From a virus (Duplodnaviria > Heunggongvirae > Uroviricota > Caudoviricetes): DNA of 64,000 nt. The DNA lies in IMG/VR virus record IMGVR_UViG_2703718787_000017, one strand, 5' to 3'. Position numbers and translations under genes: made by a program. Below the pieces are notes generated by a model, which made no database searches, had not been told where the DNA came from, and saw only the letters and a program-made list of their open reading frames with translations. The stretch's first letter is position 1; each line of letters opens with the position of its first letter. Below are positions 20,342-29,595 of this stretch, piece by piece.

Positions 20342-20554
20342 GTAGGAAGACCCAAGGTGTAGACCATATACGGCTTGATGGTTGAACCTTGGGTCGCTGA
20401 AGTCTGACTGAAGTTAGGGAGGGTGATAATAATCATAATCCCTCCTGACTATAGGCCCACTGGTTCGCCTTCGGCTGTCCGACTCTAAGTCTGTATGTGG
20501 TCTTATTTAAACTGGTTCCCTAACTCCAGTACTCCAAATTCCTATGGTCTCCTC

Positions 20555-20760
20555 TTGACATTCCTGTTTAACTGTGAGTCGCCTCTGGTCTCTCTTTATA
20601 TATACTTCCTTAATTCCTGAGGCGTCTTTAGTCCTTGACATTCGGTCCAACCTGTGAGTCACATCCGGTCCTCCCTCTATATATATACTTCCTTAATTCC
20701 TAGGGTCGCCTTAATCCTTGACATCCAGTCCAACCTGTGAGTCACATCCTGTCGCTAGCA
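20555..20760 (+). repeat. about 80-bp tandem repeat, 3 units, each with TTGACA, inverted repeat TGTGA-G-TCACA and a TATATATA block; candidate host-RNAP promoter/operator array
   Basis: TTGACA at 20555, 20635, 20718; units align over most of their length; third unit diverges at its 3' end. Confidence 0.6.
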
Positions 20761-20799
20761 AGCTAGCTGTCGCGCTACTGTATGCATCACCAGTGGTGG

Positions 20800-20822
20800 A
20801 CTTGATTATCACTATAGGGGAA
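20800..20822 (+). promoter_or_regulatory. T7-group single-subunit RNAP promoter-like 23-mer ACTTGATTATCACTATAGGGGAA (predicted +1 at G 20817)
   Basis: Positions -8 to +3 identical to T7 consensus TCACTATAGGG; upstream -17 to -9 differs from T7/T3/SP6; lies 30 nt upstream of an RBS and ATG. Confidence 0.5.
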
Positions 20823-20851
20823 CCAACTAATTCAACTACAGGAGATACTCT

Positions 20852-21220
20852 ATGGCACGACCAATCGCAACTCACGACAACACGTTCACCAAAGCCTACT
20901 TGCAGCAGCACTGCGGGGACCTGCTGTCATTCGATGGTCAGGGCGACCTGAGTGGTTGGCTGGATGATGTCCTTACTGGTGCTGGTCGCCTGAACGAATC
21001 AATGGCAAGCAATACCAAGCCTGTCAGCCCATACTTGATTCTGACCCAACTACTAACGCACGACACATTAACTGTAAGCGCTGTGCAGGAGTCCCTGAGC
21101 CGTAAGCGTGTCGCCTTGGGTGAACCTATGGTTTCAACTCGCTACGCTCGCTACGTCTATGCTACCGTCGTCAGCGCCAGTAAATCCGTCCAGTACCACG
21201 CCAGTAAAGCTGGTTCATGA
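20852..21220 (+). CDS. hypothetical protein (122 aa), first gene downstream of promoter-like site 1
   Basis: ORF with AGGAG 8 nt upstream of ATG; no family recognised. Confidence 0.6.
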   Translation: MARPIATHDNTFTKAYLQQHCGDLLSFDGQGDLSGWLDDVLTGAGRLNESMASNTKPVSPYLILTQLLTHDTLTVSAVQESLSRKRVALGEPMVSTRYARYVYATVVSASKSVQYHASKAGS

Positions 21221-21228
21221 TTACGGAC

Positions 21229-21251
21229 CCTAAACTATCACTATAGGGAAG
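21229..21251 (+). promoter_or_regulatory. second T7-group RNAP promoter-like 23-mer CCTAAACTATCACTATAGGGAAG (predicted +1 at G 21246)
   Basis: Shares ATCACTATAGGG with site 1; same -8 to +3 core as T7 consensus. Confidence 0.5.
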
Positions 21252-21781
21252 AGCAGCCTCCACCTCTGGTCTTGATGCGTCAAGTTATGCGGAAGCTCTC
21301 CCGACATTAAGTATCTCTCCTAAGCAATCAAGGTCTGTGACCGCCTCTGTCATTCCTGCATCCCGTGAGTGTTCTTCTGTCGTCTCGGTTAGTAGCTCGT
21401 CTACTCACTACACTGACTTAAGTCTATCAGCACCTACCAGATGCACGCCTGACATGCGGTCCCGCCTTATATGCACATGGAGAACATGGTCCAAATGTAG
21501 CCTACGAAATTTTCGTAAGCTTCGGGCAGGACCAAGGCTGGTAGAAGTCTAACCAACCCAGAAAACGGGTTTGTTAAAAAGATTAACATGGGTCACTTAG
21601 GGCAGGACGCTTCTCTACCGTCCCGCCTTTATTGACACCTGCAGGAAATCATGGTCATCCCCGACCAATCAAATCAACCCTATTCACTTTCGTAAGCACT
21701 TTCGGCGGCTCCATTTGGTAGCGCTGAATAGGTGTGGAGACCCGCAGGGGAACGAGAGTGCTTTCTAAAGGAGCTACCTTA
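21252..21781 (+). other. 530-nt apparently untranslated leader with internal repeats (TCCCGCCTT x2; TTCGTAAGC-N-CTTCGG x2); possible structured RNA, processing sites or replication origin
   Basis: No convincing ORF with RBS (the 71-aa ORF at 21337 is Ser-rich with no SD); repeats read directly. Confidence 0.3.
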
Positions 21782-22873
21782 ATGAACATCCATAAATTCA
21801 TCGACATGAACGAAGTCATCGCCAGCAATCATCCTCTTGCCAAAGGTACCACTGACAGCGTAACGCAGGTCATCGTGTCACACCTGAAGTCCGGCGATGC
21901 AGGTATCGACATCCTGAATGCGCCTAAGGCCGCTAGCGATATGTCTGCCAGCTTCCTGAATGACTTGAAGAGCAAGTATCGTGTCGTGGCTGGTCATAAC
22001 TCTGAGGGTCACATTGATGCATGGCTGGCGCATAAGCACAGCGGACGCCGGGTGACGACTAAAAGCAATGACAAGGGTTATCGCGCTGTGAGCGTGAATG
22101 GTCGCCCGTATCAGGAGCACCGCCTTATCGTGGCCCTGTTCTATGATGTGGCACTGCCGGGCTGGGTGGTAGTTAATCACGCTGTGTCCTGCACCATTTG
22201 GAACGAAGGCAAATCAAACCATCCGTTCAACCTCCGATTAACGACATCATATGGTAACCAGCTTGATAAGAAGGTCCGCGAAGGTGTTCGCAATAAGTTC
22301 ACCGGGTACTACTTCGATGAATATCGTGGCAAGTGGCGCGTCCAGATGAAGCGGCCTTTCGCTGGTGGTCCGCAGCATTTCGGCATGTACGACACCGAAG
22401 CTGAGGCCTACATTGTCCGCTGCGCTGTCCTCCACCAGCATCTTGGTGCGTTCTGGGCGATGACCACCGGGGAATCCGGTCTCGTGCCCCGAGTCAAACC
22501 TGACGGTTCTCTGGTACTGCCTACTGAGCATGGTTACGATTGGGCGGAAAACCTGCCTTATCCTGAGGACTGGGACGACGAGTTCAAGGCCCGGCTGGAG
22601 GAGATGAAGCTGTACTGGGACGCATATCATGTGTTCGGTATTGAAGACGAAGAATACTTCGGCGACTGTGTGTCAGGGCTTGATGTGAACGCAGTAGTGT
22701 TCAACGGCGTGCCTGCCATTATCGACATCACAGAAGGACTTCCGGTGTCATATGCTCACTGGTTCGGACCAAGCCAACGCTTCGAGTTCACCAACTACTA
22801 CCAGCGCTGCATTCACGCCTGTGACCTTGATGCGGAACCTGAAGAGGAAGACTGGATGGAGAACGATTTCTGA
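21782..22873 (+). CDS. HNH endonuclease with AP2-type DNA-binding domain (homing-endonuclease-like)
   Basis: YQEHRLIVALFYD…VVNH motif (HNH) followed by RLTTSYGN…YYFDEYRGKWRVQM…FGMYDTEAEA (AP2-like); RBS AAAGGAG. Confidence 0.75.
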   Translation: MNIHKFIDMNEVIASNHPLAKGTTDSVTQVIVSHLKSGDAGIDILNAPKAASDMSASFLNDLKSKYRVVAGHNSEGHIDAWLAHKHSGRRVTTKSNDKGYRAVSVNGRPYQEHRLIVALFYDVALPGWVVVNHAVSCTIWNEGKSNHPFNLRLTTSYGNQLDKKVREGVRNKFTGYYFDEYRGKWRVQMKRPFAGGPQHFGMYDTEAEAYIVRCAVLHQHLGAFWAMTTGESGLVPRVKPDGSLVLPTEHGYDWAENLPYPEDWDDEFKARLEEMKLYWDAYHVFGIEDEEYFGDCVSGLDVNAVVFNGVPAIIDITEGLPVSYAHWFGPSQRFEFTNYYQRCIHACDLDAEPEEEDWMENDF

Positions 22874-23085
22874 TGACAATTAAACAGCATATCGACCCTC
22901 GCACCGATATCGGCAGGGCAACACTTCGTTATCGTGGTCTGCCTACTCGTCATCTTCTGTCAATGCTGGGGATGGGTACTGATTCATCCGAGCGCCCTTA
23001 CTACAATCGAGACGAGCTGATAGCAATGCTGGTGGACCGTGATTTGAATAATCAGTTGCGTCGAGCCTTTGCTAAGCAGTCCTGA
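22873..23085 (+). CDS. hypothetical protein (70 aa)
   Basis: ATG overlaps stop of upstream gene (TGATG coupling). Confidence 0.5.
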   Translation: MTIKQHIDPRTDIGRATLRYRGLPTRHLLSMLGMGTDSSERPYYNRDELIAMLVDRDLNNQLRRAFAKQS

Positions 23086-23208
23086 CCATACCACCTTAAT
23101 TTAAACACCTTTTGAGAATGACCGATGCGGGGAGACCGTAGGCATAACTGTGTCTGCGATACCGATAGTTCTCACCTTCTCAAGAGGAGTAATTACTATG
23201 TCTAGCAA

Positions 23209-23707
23209 AGCTAGTGCGTTATTCAACAACAACGACTGGAAACTGTCTGTCACCGACATCAATCTCTATGAAAATACTGTGAATCTGGATGGGCAGTCCT
23301 ACCCGTTGTCTCTGGCTATCAAGACCCTCATTCCGGGCTACCTGTCAGGCTTACCGTCCACCAGCAGCGCGGCGATGGAGCTGTTAGAGGCTCTGGCTGA
23401 AGCTGGTGTAGCTATTGGCAACTTCTTCAGTAATGACCTGATGACCGCCTATGGTCGCCGCCAGCAGAACAAGCGAGCTGAGGCTGAGCGTATCGCTAAA
23501 GAGCAGCGCATTCAGGCCGAGCGCATGCGTGAAGAGAACATGACTGATGCAGAGTGGCAGAAAGAGCTACAGCGCCGCGAACAGGTCAAAGCTGAACGCC
23601 GGACCTATGGTGAGAACCTCCGCAGTGCTACCCATTCCGCTGGTCGCTCCCGTGCCGCTATTGTCGCTGACATTGAGTCAGGCGGTAACTGGATGGACAG
23701 CCTCTAA
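23209..23707 (+). CDS. hypothetical protein (166 aa) with charged coiled-coil C-terminal half
   Basis: RBS AGAGGAG 9 nt upstream of ATG; no family recognised; scaffold-like composition is speculation. Confidence 0.6.
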
Positions 23708-23781
23708 GACAGACACACAAGTGGTCCTGACCTGATGTCGGGACCCACAGTATCTAAAACTAATTTAGGAGATTGATTATT

Positions 23782-24771
23782 ATGACCATGATTAAAGATA
23801 GCTATCAGTTCGGCATTGAGCCAGTACGTATCACCGACACCGACAACATTCAGGTAAACGAAGGTCTTCCGACTAACGCCGACCCTCAGGTCTATGCCTT
23901 CCAGTTAGCTAAGCTGGTGAAGACCATGCTCAATTCTGTACTTAAAGACGCTCAGGATAACATTCCGTTCCCTGTAGAAGTCCTGCCAGCTCGCAACAGC
24001 TTACCGACGCCAATCATTGCTCACACTCTGGCTGACCGCTCTGTGGTCGTTCCTGTCCGTGGTGGTAAACGACCTGAAGTCGTGACCGCTCCGTCTGGTA
24101 CTGAAATCACCGTTGAGCCGATTGAGCAAGCTATCCTCGTGTCCCACCAAACCAAGCTATGGGACGCTAAGTCATCCACCGGATTCACTCAGGGCACACT
24201 TCAGCAGGACGCTATGAACATCTGTGAGAATGTGGTCCGTACCATCAACGCTCGCATGGTCGACGTTCTGGAGTCCTCCAAACTGTTGAAGACCGTAGAG
24301 CTTCCTGTCCTGACTGGTAGCCTGACCGCTAAGGCAGACGATATCATGGACGCTCTGTATGACAACACCGAGTCCTCTTTCGGCTCTGAAGTGTCTGATT
24401 ATGGCATCATCGCCCATGAGTCCCAACTGAAAGCGCTGTCCCGTCTGGCTGCTAAACAGGGCTTCTCTGGTGAAGACGCTATCGTGGATATGCTGGGAAC
24501 AGACATCGCCTACTACAACGGTGAAGACAAGGGTGTGTTCATGCTGGCTAAACGCTTCACGGCCCTGAGCTTCGGTTGCTTCCGTCATGATGGCGAGAAC
24601 ATTACCGTGGTCTTATCCCGGGATGGTGACTCTCAGTCTAACTCTCTGGAAATCCTCGGCAAGGTCTTCGTGGTTGCTGAAGCTGCTACGACAATCAAGA
24701 TGGGTACTGGTAGTGCTACTGCTGTCCTGCCTGTAGTCAAACGCCTGAAGTTCACCAAGACCGAAGCGTAA
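23782..24771 (+). CDS. hypothetical protein (329 aa); structural (capsid-like) role possible but unverified
   Basis: RBS TTAGGAG upstream; largest non-enzymatic ORF of the island. Confidence 0.65.
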   Translation: MTMIKDSYQFGIEPVRITDTDNIQVNEGLPTNADPQVYAFQLAKLVKTMLNSVLKDAQDNIPFPVEVLPARNSLPTPIIAHTLADRSVVVPVRGGKRPEVVTAPSGTEITVEPIEQAILVSHQTKLWDAKSSTGFTQGTLQQDAMNICENVVRTINARMVDVLESSKLLKTVELPVLTGSLTAKADDIMDALYDNTESSFGSEVSDYGIIAHESQLKALSRLAAKQGFSGEDAIVDMLGTDIAYYNGEDKGVFMLAKRFTALSFGCFRHDGENITVVLSRDGDSQSNSLEILGKVFVVAEAATTIKMGTGSATAVLPVVKRLKFTKTEA

Positions 24772-24934
24772 GACCATGAGCAGAGGTAAGTCTGGACTGA
24801 ATATCAGCAGGACTTCAGGTGGTGGATTATCAATGTAATTAATAACTATGGTCTGGACTTCGGTCTGGACCTTATTAGCGAAGTTATCCACAGCTTAATA
24901 ACATATACAACTTTATTCACATTAAGGAGGACGC

Positions 24935-25018
24935 ATGGACCTGCATAAAGTCTATCTTATCGTCTTCCTGTTGAAGCTGGTGCTGGTGGTCGTGCTTACA
25001 GTCAGGGTACGGCTGTGA
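24935..25018 (+). CDS. small hydrophobic peptide (27 aa, MDLHKVYLIVFLLKLVLVVVLTVRVRL)
   Basis: Strong RBS TAAGGAGG 5 nt upstream; single predicted TM helix; too short to be in the ORF track. Confidence 0.3.
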   Translation: MDLHKVYLIVFLLKLVLVVVLTVRVRL

Positions 25019-25128
25019 GCTGGCGAGCAGCTAACGATGAGTTTTGGACCAAAAGTTAGAGACCTGATTCAATACAATTAAGACACCAATGTTCCCCGGT
25101 GCCACCCTGAGTCCAGACCGAGGCCACC

Positions 25129-25140
25129 GGGGGGGGGGGG
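25129..25140. repeat. homopolymeric G12 tract
   Basis: Twelve consecutive G read directly, near the island right end. Confidence 0.9.
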
Positions 25141-25170
25141 CTGACCAGCCGTCTAGACATCCCGTCTAAT

Positions 25171-25204
25171 GACACAAGGCTGACACAAAGCCTGACACAA
25201 AGTC
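25171..25204. repeat. three direct copies of TGACACAA(G/A) (putative integrase arm-type sites, right end)
   Basis: ATGACACAAGGCTGACACAAAGCCTGACACAAAG; mirrors the two copies at 18829-18850. Confidence 0.5.
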
Positions 25205-25257
25205 CTTGACTCAATGCAGGACCTCAGGCCTACTAAGGGTCCGCTTCAAGTCCTTGA

Positions 25258-25272
25258 AGTTCCAGATGAACT
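25258..25272 (+). repeat. right copy of 15-bp direct repeat AGTTCCAGATGAACT
   Basis: Exact match to 18661-18675. Confidence 0.8.
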
Positions 25273-26668
25273 TAATGGGCACATCCAGTTTATCTTTGCC
25301 GCGGACGCCGTCGCGGATTGCCGTCATTTGCGGACCATGATCGATAGCATCTGTCCAGCTGAAGCAGGAGATTGACATTTTGACCGGATTATCCAGCACC
25401 GGCAGGCGTTCTATGGTAATGGTATAGGTCGATTCACGCGCGCCACTATTTCCGCCGCTGATGCCGACATTGCCCGTCAAAATAGGTAACATAGCAATAG
25501 CGCGTGCAGTCAGTTCGCCGTTTGCCTGGCGTTGCGGCCCCCAGCCCTGGCAGATATAAGCGGGTTTTGCTGTGCCAATTTCACGCGCCAGTTTGATGAT
25601 ACGGTCTACCGGGATACCGGTAATTTGCGAAGCCCACTGCGGCGTTTTCGCTGTGTTATCATCACCTTCACCAAGAATATAGGCTTTATAGTGACTATTT
25701 TTGGGTGCATCTGCGGGTAAGGTTTTTTCGTCATAGCCGACGCAGTATTTATCGAGAAAAGGTTGATCAACGAGATTTTCGTTAATCAATACCCAGGCAA
25801 TACCCGCAACCAGCGCGGCATCGGTGCCCGGGCGAATAGGGAGCCATTCATCTTCACGACCAGCAGCCGTATCGGTATATCGCGGATCGATAGCAATCAT
25901 TTTGGCGTTCGATTTCTCGCGCGCTTTTTCAAGAAGATAAGTGATGCCACCGCCGCTCATGCGGGTTTCTGCCGGGTTGTTACCAAACATCACGACCAGC
26001 TTGCTGTTTTCAATATCCGTGGTGCTGTTGCCATCATTACTGCCGTAGGTGTAGGGCATGGCACAGGAAATTTGCGCGGTGCTGTAGGAGCCATACTGAT
26101 TGAGTGAACCGCCGTAGCAGTTCATCAGGCGTTTGACCGCCGAGGCTGATGGCGAAGAGCGGGTCATATTGCCGCCAACGATCCCCGAAGAGTACTGAAT
26201 ATATACAGCCTCATTGCCATATTGTTCGACGGTTTTCTTCAGGCTACTGGCGATAGTATCCAGGGCTTCATCCCAGCTAATCCGTTCGAATTTGCCTTCG
26301 CCGCGTTTGCCCACGCGTTTCATTGGGTAATTCAAGCGATCGGGATGATTAATACGCCGACGGATGGATCGACCACGCAAACAGGCGCGTACTTGATGAT
26401 TGCCATACTCGTCGCTGCCGGTGTTGTCAGTTTCCACCCAGGTGACTTCATTATCTTTAACATGTAGACGAAGTGCACAGCGGCTACCACAGTTGACGGA
26501 ACAGGCACCCCAGATCACTTTTTCGCTGGCCTGTTGTACCGCTGCCGCTGCACTGCGCAGGGTGAACGGTAAAGAAAAACCGCCTGCAGCCAGCGCCAGA
26601 GAACCTATCGCGGTTGATTTAACGAGTGTTCTGCGGCTGATGCCCACCATTCGGTCATTTTTGGACAT
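25273..26668 (-). pseudogene. ynfE: ynfE 5' portion (N-terminal about 465 codons incl. Tat signal), interrupted by the island
   Basis: MSKNDRMVGISRRTLVK… Tat motif and CSVNCGSRC; native frame ends at …PIKFIWN then reads into island sequence. Confidence 0.85.
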
Positions 26669-26866
26669 AACTCACTCCCTGTTCTTTATCGTTATATAAA
26701 TGTTTATATATTGAATATTTAGCGCGCTAACAATAGAGGGAGTCTACCCATTTTGGGTTAAGAATTATTAATCCATATCAATAGAAGGGTATGAGTAATA
26801 AGGTGGGATTATGTTGTATGTTCAAATCGCCGGATGTGTCGTATCCGGCGTTCAGTCGATAATGTA

Positions 26867-27172
26867 TTACTGCGGTTCGGCAGGCGCGCCATCCTGGGTA
26901 GACTGCGCGGGAGCAGAGACGTTACCGCTGGTGGTGCGGGTATAGAGAATTTTATGCGTATCATTAGCGCAATGGCCGACGACCTGGGAATCAGGCTGAT
27001 CAACCTGGTCATTGGGTACAATACTTAACGTGAAGCTGCTTTCGGGTACGCCATTATTGATAATGCGCTGTGATATATCGCTCTGTATGCGCTCACAGGA
27101 TCCCGGCGCGGCGAGTACCGCGGGTGAGGCGAGGGCGAGCAGAAGCGCGGCACAGCAGGTTGAGAGTTTCAT
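26867..27172 (-). CDS. ynfD: small secreted protein YnfD (DUF1161-type)
   Basis: Signal peptide MKLSTCCAALLLALASPAVLA; position between ynfE and ynfC. Confidence 0.8.
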   Translation of the reverse strand: MKLSTCCAALLLALASPAVLAAPGSCERIQSDISQRIINNGVPESSFTLSIVPNDQVDQPDSQVVGHCANDTHKILYTRTTSGNVSAPAQSTQDGAPAEPQ

Positions 27173-27279
27173 CATAAGCTCCTTACGCGAAGATAACTTC
27201 TTTAAGCATAGCATTTAACGTGTAAAGTACTGTATTTGCTACTATGATTGAGAATCATCTCTACTCTCTGGTGACTGTT

Positions 27280-27990
27280 GTGAAATACAAATTACTACCA
27301 TGCTTACTCGCGATATTCCTCACAGGATGTGACCGCACAGAGGTAACACTTTCATTTACCCCTGAGATGGCCAGTTTCTCTAATGAATTCGATTTTGATC
27401 CGCTGCGTGGTCCGGTAAAAGATTTCACTCAGACATTAATGGATGAGCAAGGTGAAGTGACGAAACGTGTTTCTGGGACTTTGTCGGAAGAAGGCTGTTT
27501 TGATTCACTCGAATTACTGGATCTGGAAAATAATACCGTGGTCGCTCTGGTACTGGACGCCAATTATTACCGTGATGCCGAGACGCTGGAGAAGAGAGTA
27601 CGTTTACAGGGAAAATGCCAGCTAGCAGAATTACCTTCTGCCGGGGTGAGTTGGGAAACCGATGATAATGGCTTCGTGATTAAAGCCAGCAGCAAACAAA
27701 TGCAGATGGAATATCGCTATGATGATCAGGGTTATCCACTGGGTAAAACCACGAAAAGTAACGACAAAACATTATCTGTCAGCGCCACGCCATCAACGGA
27801 CCCGATCAAAAAATTAGATTACACAGCGGTTACTTTACTGAATAATCAACGAGTTGGTAATGTAAAACAGAGCTGTGAATATGACAGTCACGCCAATCCG
27901 GTGGACTGTCAGCTGATCATTGTTGATGAAGGAGTAAAACCCGCCGTCGAAAGGGTTTACACCATCAAAAATACGATCGATTATTATTAA
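27280..27990 (+). CDS. ynfC: lipoprotein YnfC (GTG start, lipobox LTGC)
   Basis: VKYKLLPCLLAIFLTGC…; 236 aa from GTG at 27280. Confidence 0.9.
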   Translation: MKYKLLPCLLAIFLTGCDRTEVTLSFTPEMASFSNEFDFDPLRGPVKDFTQTLMDEQGEVTKRVSGTLSEEGCFDSLELLDLENNTVVALVLDANYYRDAETLEKRVRLQGKCQLAELPSAGVSWETDDNGFVIKASSKQMQMEYRYDDQGYPLGKTTKSNDKTLSVSATPSTDPIKKLDYTAVTLLNNQRVGNVKQSCEYDSHANPVDCQLIIVDEGVKPAVERVYTIKNTIDYY

Positions 27991-27992
27991 TG

Positions 27993-28553
27993 CTATTGTG
28001 CGGTCGGCTTCAGGAGAGTCTGACCCGGTGTTTTGTGCTCTGCCAGATACTGATGCTGGAATATACACATGCGAATGGCATTACGATATTGACCATTAAT
28101 AAAGAACTCGTGCATCAATTCACCTTCAACCGTAAAGCCAAGCTTGCGGTAAATGTGAATCGCTTTTTCATTCTCTTTATCGACGATCAGATACAGCTTA
28201 TAGAGATTGAGAACGGTGAAGCCATAGTCCATTGCTAATTTGGCGGCACGGGTTGCCAGACCTTTCCCCTGATACTCCGGGGAGATAATTATCTGAAATT
28301 CTGCCCGGCGATGTACATGGTTAATTTCCACCAGCTCCACCAGACCGGCTTTTTCGCCGTCACATTCCACCACAAAGCGTCGTTCGCTCTGATCGTGAAT
28401 ATGCTTATCATACAGATCAGAGAGTTCAACAAAGGCTTCGTAGGGTTCCTCAAACCAGTAACGCATCACACTGGCGTTATTGTCGAGTTGATGTACATAG
28501 CGTAAATCTTCACGCTCCAGCGGGCGTAGCTTAACACTGTGGGCGCTTGGCAT
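27993..28553 (-). CDS. speG: spermidine N-acetyltransferase
   Basis: 186-aa GNAT protein [17 protein letters not shown]… recognised as SpeG. Confidence 0.95.
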   Translation of the reverse strand: MPSAHSVKLRPLEREDLRYVHQLDNNASVMRYWFEEPYEAFVELSDLYDKHIHDQSERRFVVECDGEKAGLVELVEINHVHRRAEFQIIISPEYQGKGLATRAAKLAMDYGFTVLNLYKLYLIVDKENEKAIHIYRKLGFTVEGELMHEFFINGQYRNAIRMCIFQHQYLAEHKTPGQTLLKPTAQ

Positions 28554-28587
28554 AACGTGTCCTTACATTCCTTAAATCAATAACAGG

Positions 28588-28929
28588 TTAGGGGGTAATA
28601 ACGCGGCCAGTTCGACGGTCCAGGCAGCGCAAAGTATTTGGCTCCCAGTAGGCATTGATGTTGGCGCTTTGCTCACATTTATCGCGGTTATCAAAAGCGG
28701 CGTCGGCTTTATCCCACTCTTTTTCAGTGCGTTTATTCACTTTCTGACGCAGATTGCGCGTGTCATTCCATTGCTCTTTTTCCATAGCGGCGTGCTGGCG
28801 GCTTTGTGCACTGTCGCCAGACTCAATCACCAGTTTGTTAGTTTCGGCATGAACAGTTGTGCTCAGTGCCAGTGCGCAAGGCAGCAGAAAAGCGAGCAGG
28901 CCGATTCGTTTGCTGAGAGTGATTTTCAT
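28588..28929 (-). CDS. ynfB: secreted protein YnfB
   Basis: 113 aa with signal peptide; conserved position next to speG. Confidence 0.85.
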
Positions 28930-29063
28930 AATTCATTCCCTGTATGAATGATTAAAGGAGATTCTACACCATCCACTGCGAACGCAAAACGTACCAGGAG
29001 GGTGTTTATATTGATGATATTATGTCGCCCTATAACTATACATGATGTCAATAAGTGACAAAG

Positions 29064-29390
29064 ATGATTAAAGCAACGTTACTATTTTTTGCTACTGCGC
29101 TGTGTGAAATTATTGGATGCTTTCTGCCCTGGTTGTGGTTAAAACGAAACGCCAGTATCTGGCTGTTGCTTCCGGCGGGGATTTCACTGGCGCTGTTTGT
29201 CTGGTTGTTAACGTTGCATCCAGCGGCGAGTGGGCGTGTTTACGCGGCTTATGGTGGCGTTTATGTCTGCACGGCGTTGATGTGGCTGCGCGTTGTGGAT
29301 GGCGTGAAACTGACTCTTTATGACTGGACGGGTGCGTTGATTGCGCTTTGCGGCATGTTGATCATTGTTGCGGGCTGGGGGCGCACGTAG
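29064..29390 (+). CDS. ynfA: inner-membrane protein YnfA
   Basis: 108-aa hydrophobic protein [18 protein letters not shown]…. Confidence 0.9.
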   Translation: MIKATLLFFATALCEIIGCFLPWLWLKRNASIWLLLPAGISLALFVWLLTLHPAASGRVYAAYGGVYVCTALMWLRVVDGVKLTLYDWTGALIALCGMLIIVAGWGRT

Positions 29391-29595
29391 GAACATAAAT
29401 CCATTTTATCAATAAGATAAGAGGAAGTGTCAGCTGACAAAAGGTATTCTATTTCATCTTTTGTCAACCATTCACAGCGCTAATATACGCCTTTTTTTGT
29501 GATCACTCCGGCTTTTTTCGATCTTTATACTTGTATGGTAGTAGCTCAGTTGCGTAGATTTCATGCATCACGACAAGCGATGCAAGGAATCGAAC

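Larger units (their letters stand above)
18661..25272. mobile_element. 6.6-kb integrase-bearing island inserted within the ynfE coding sequence, bounded by a 15-bp direct repeat
   Basis: Perfect repeats AGTTCCAGATGAACT at 18661-18675 and 25258-25272; joining the flanks with one copy gives in-frame …LDVPIKFIWNYAGNTL… of YnfE. Confidence 0.75.

Noticed and set aside
20555-20760. Tandem repeats considered as a possible CRISPR array
   Set aside because: Units are about 80 bp, only three copies, with no repeat-spacer alternation and no cas genes; better explained as promoter/operator repeats.
21337-21552. 71-aa Ser-rich ORF in the island leader
   Set aside because: No RBS, low-complexity composition, inside a repeat-rich untranslated region.
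18661-25272. Island as a DE3-like T7 expression insert
   Set aside because: DE3 carries the T7 RNAP gene within a lambda int; this island has phage-type promoters but no RNAP gene, and its integrase is unrelated in context.
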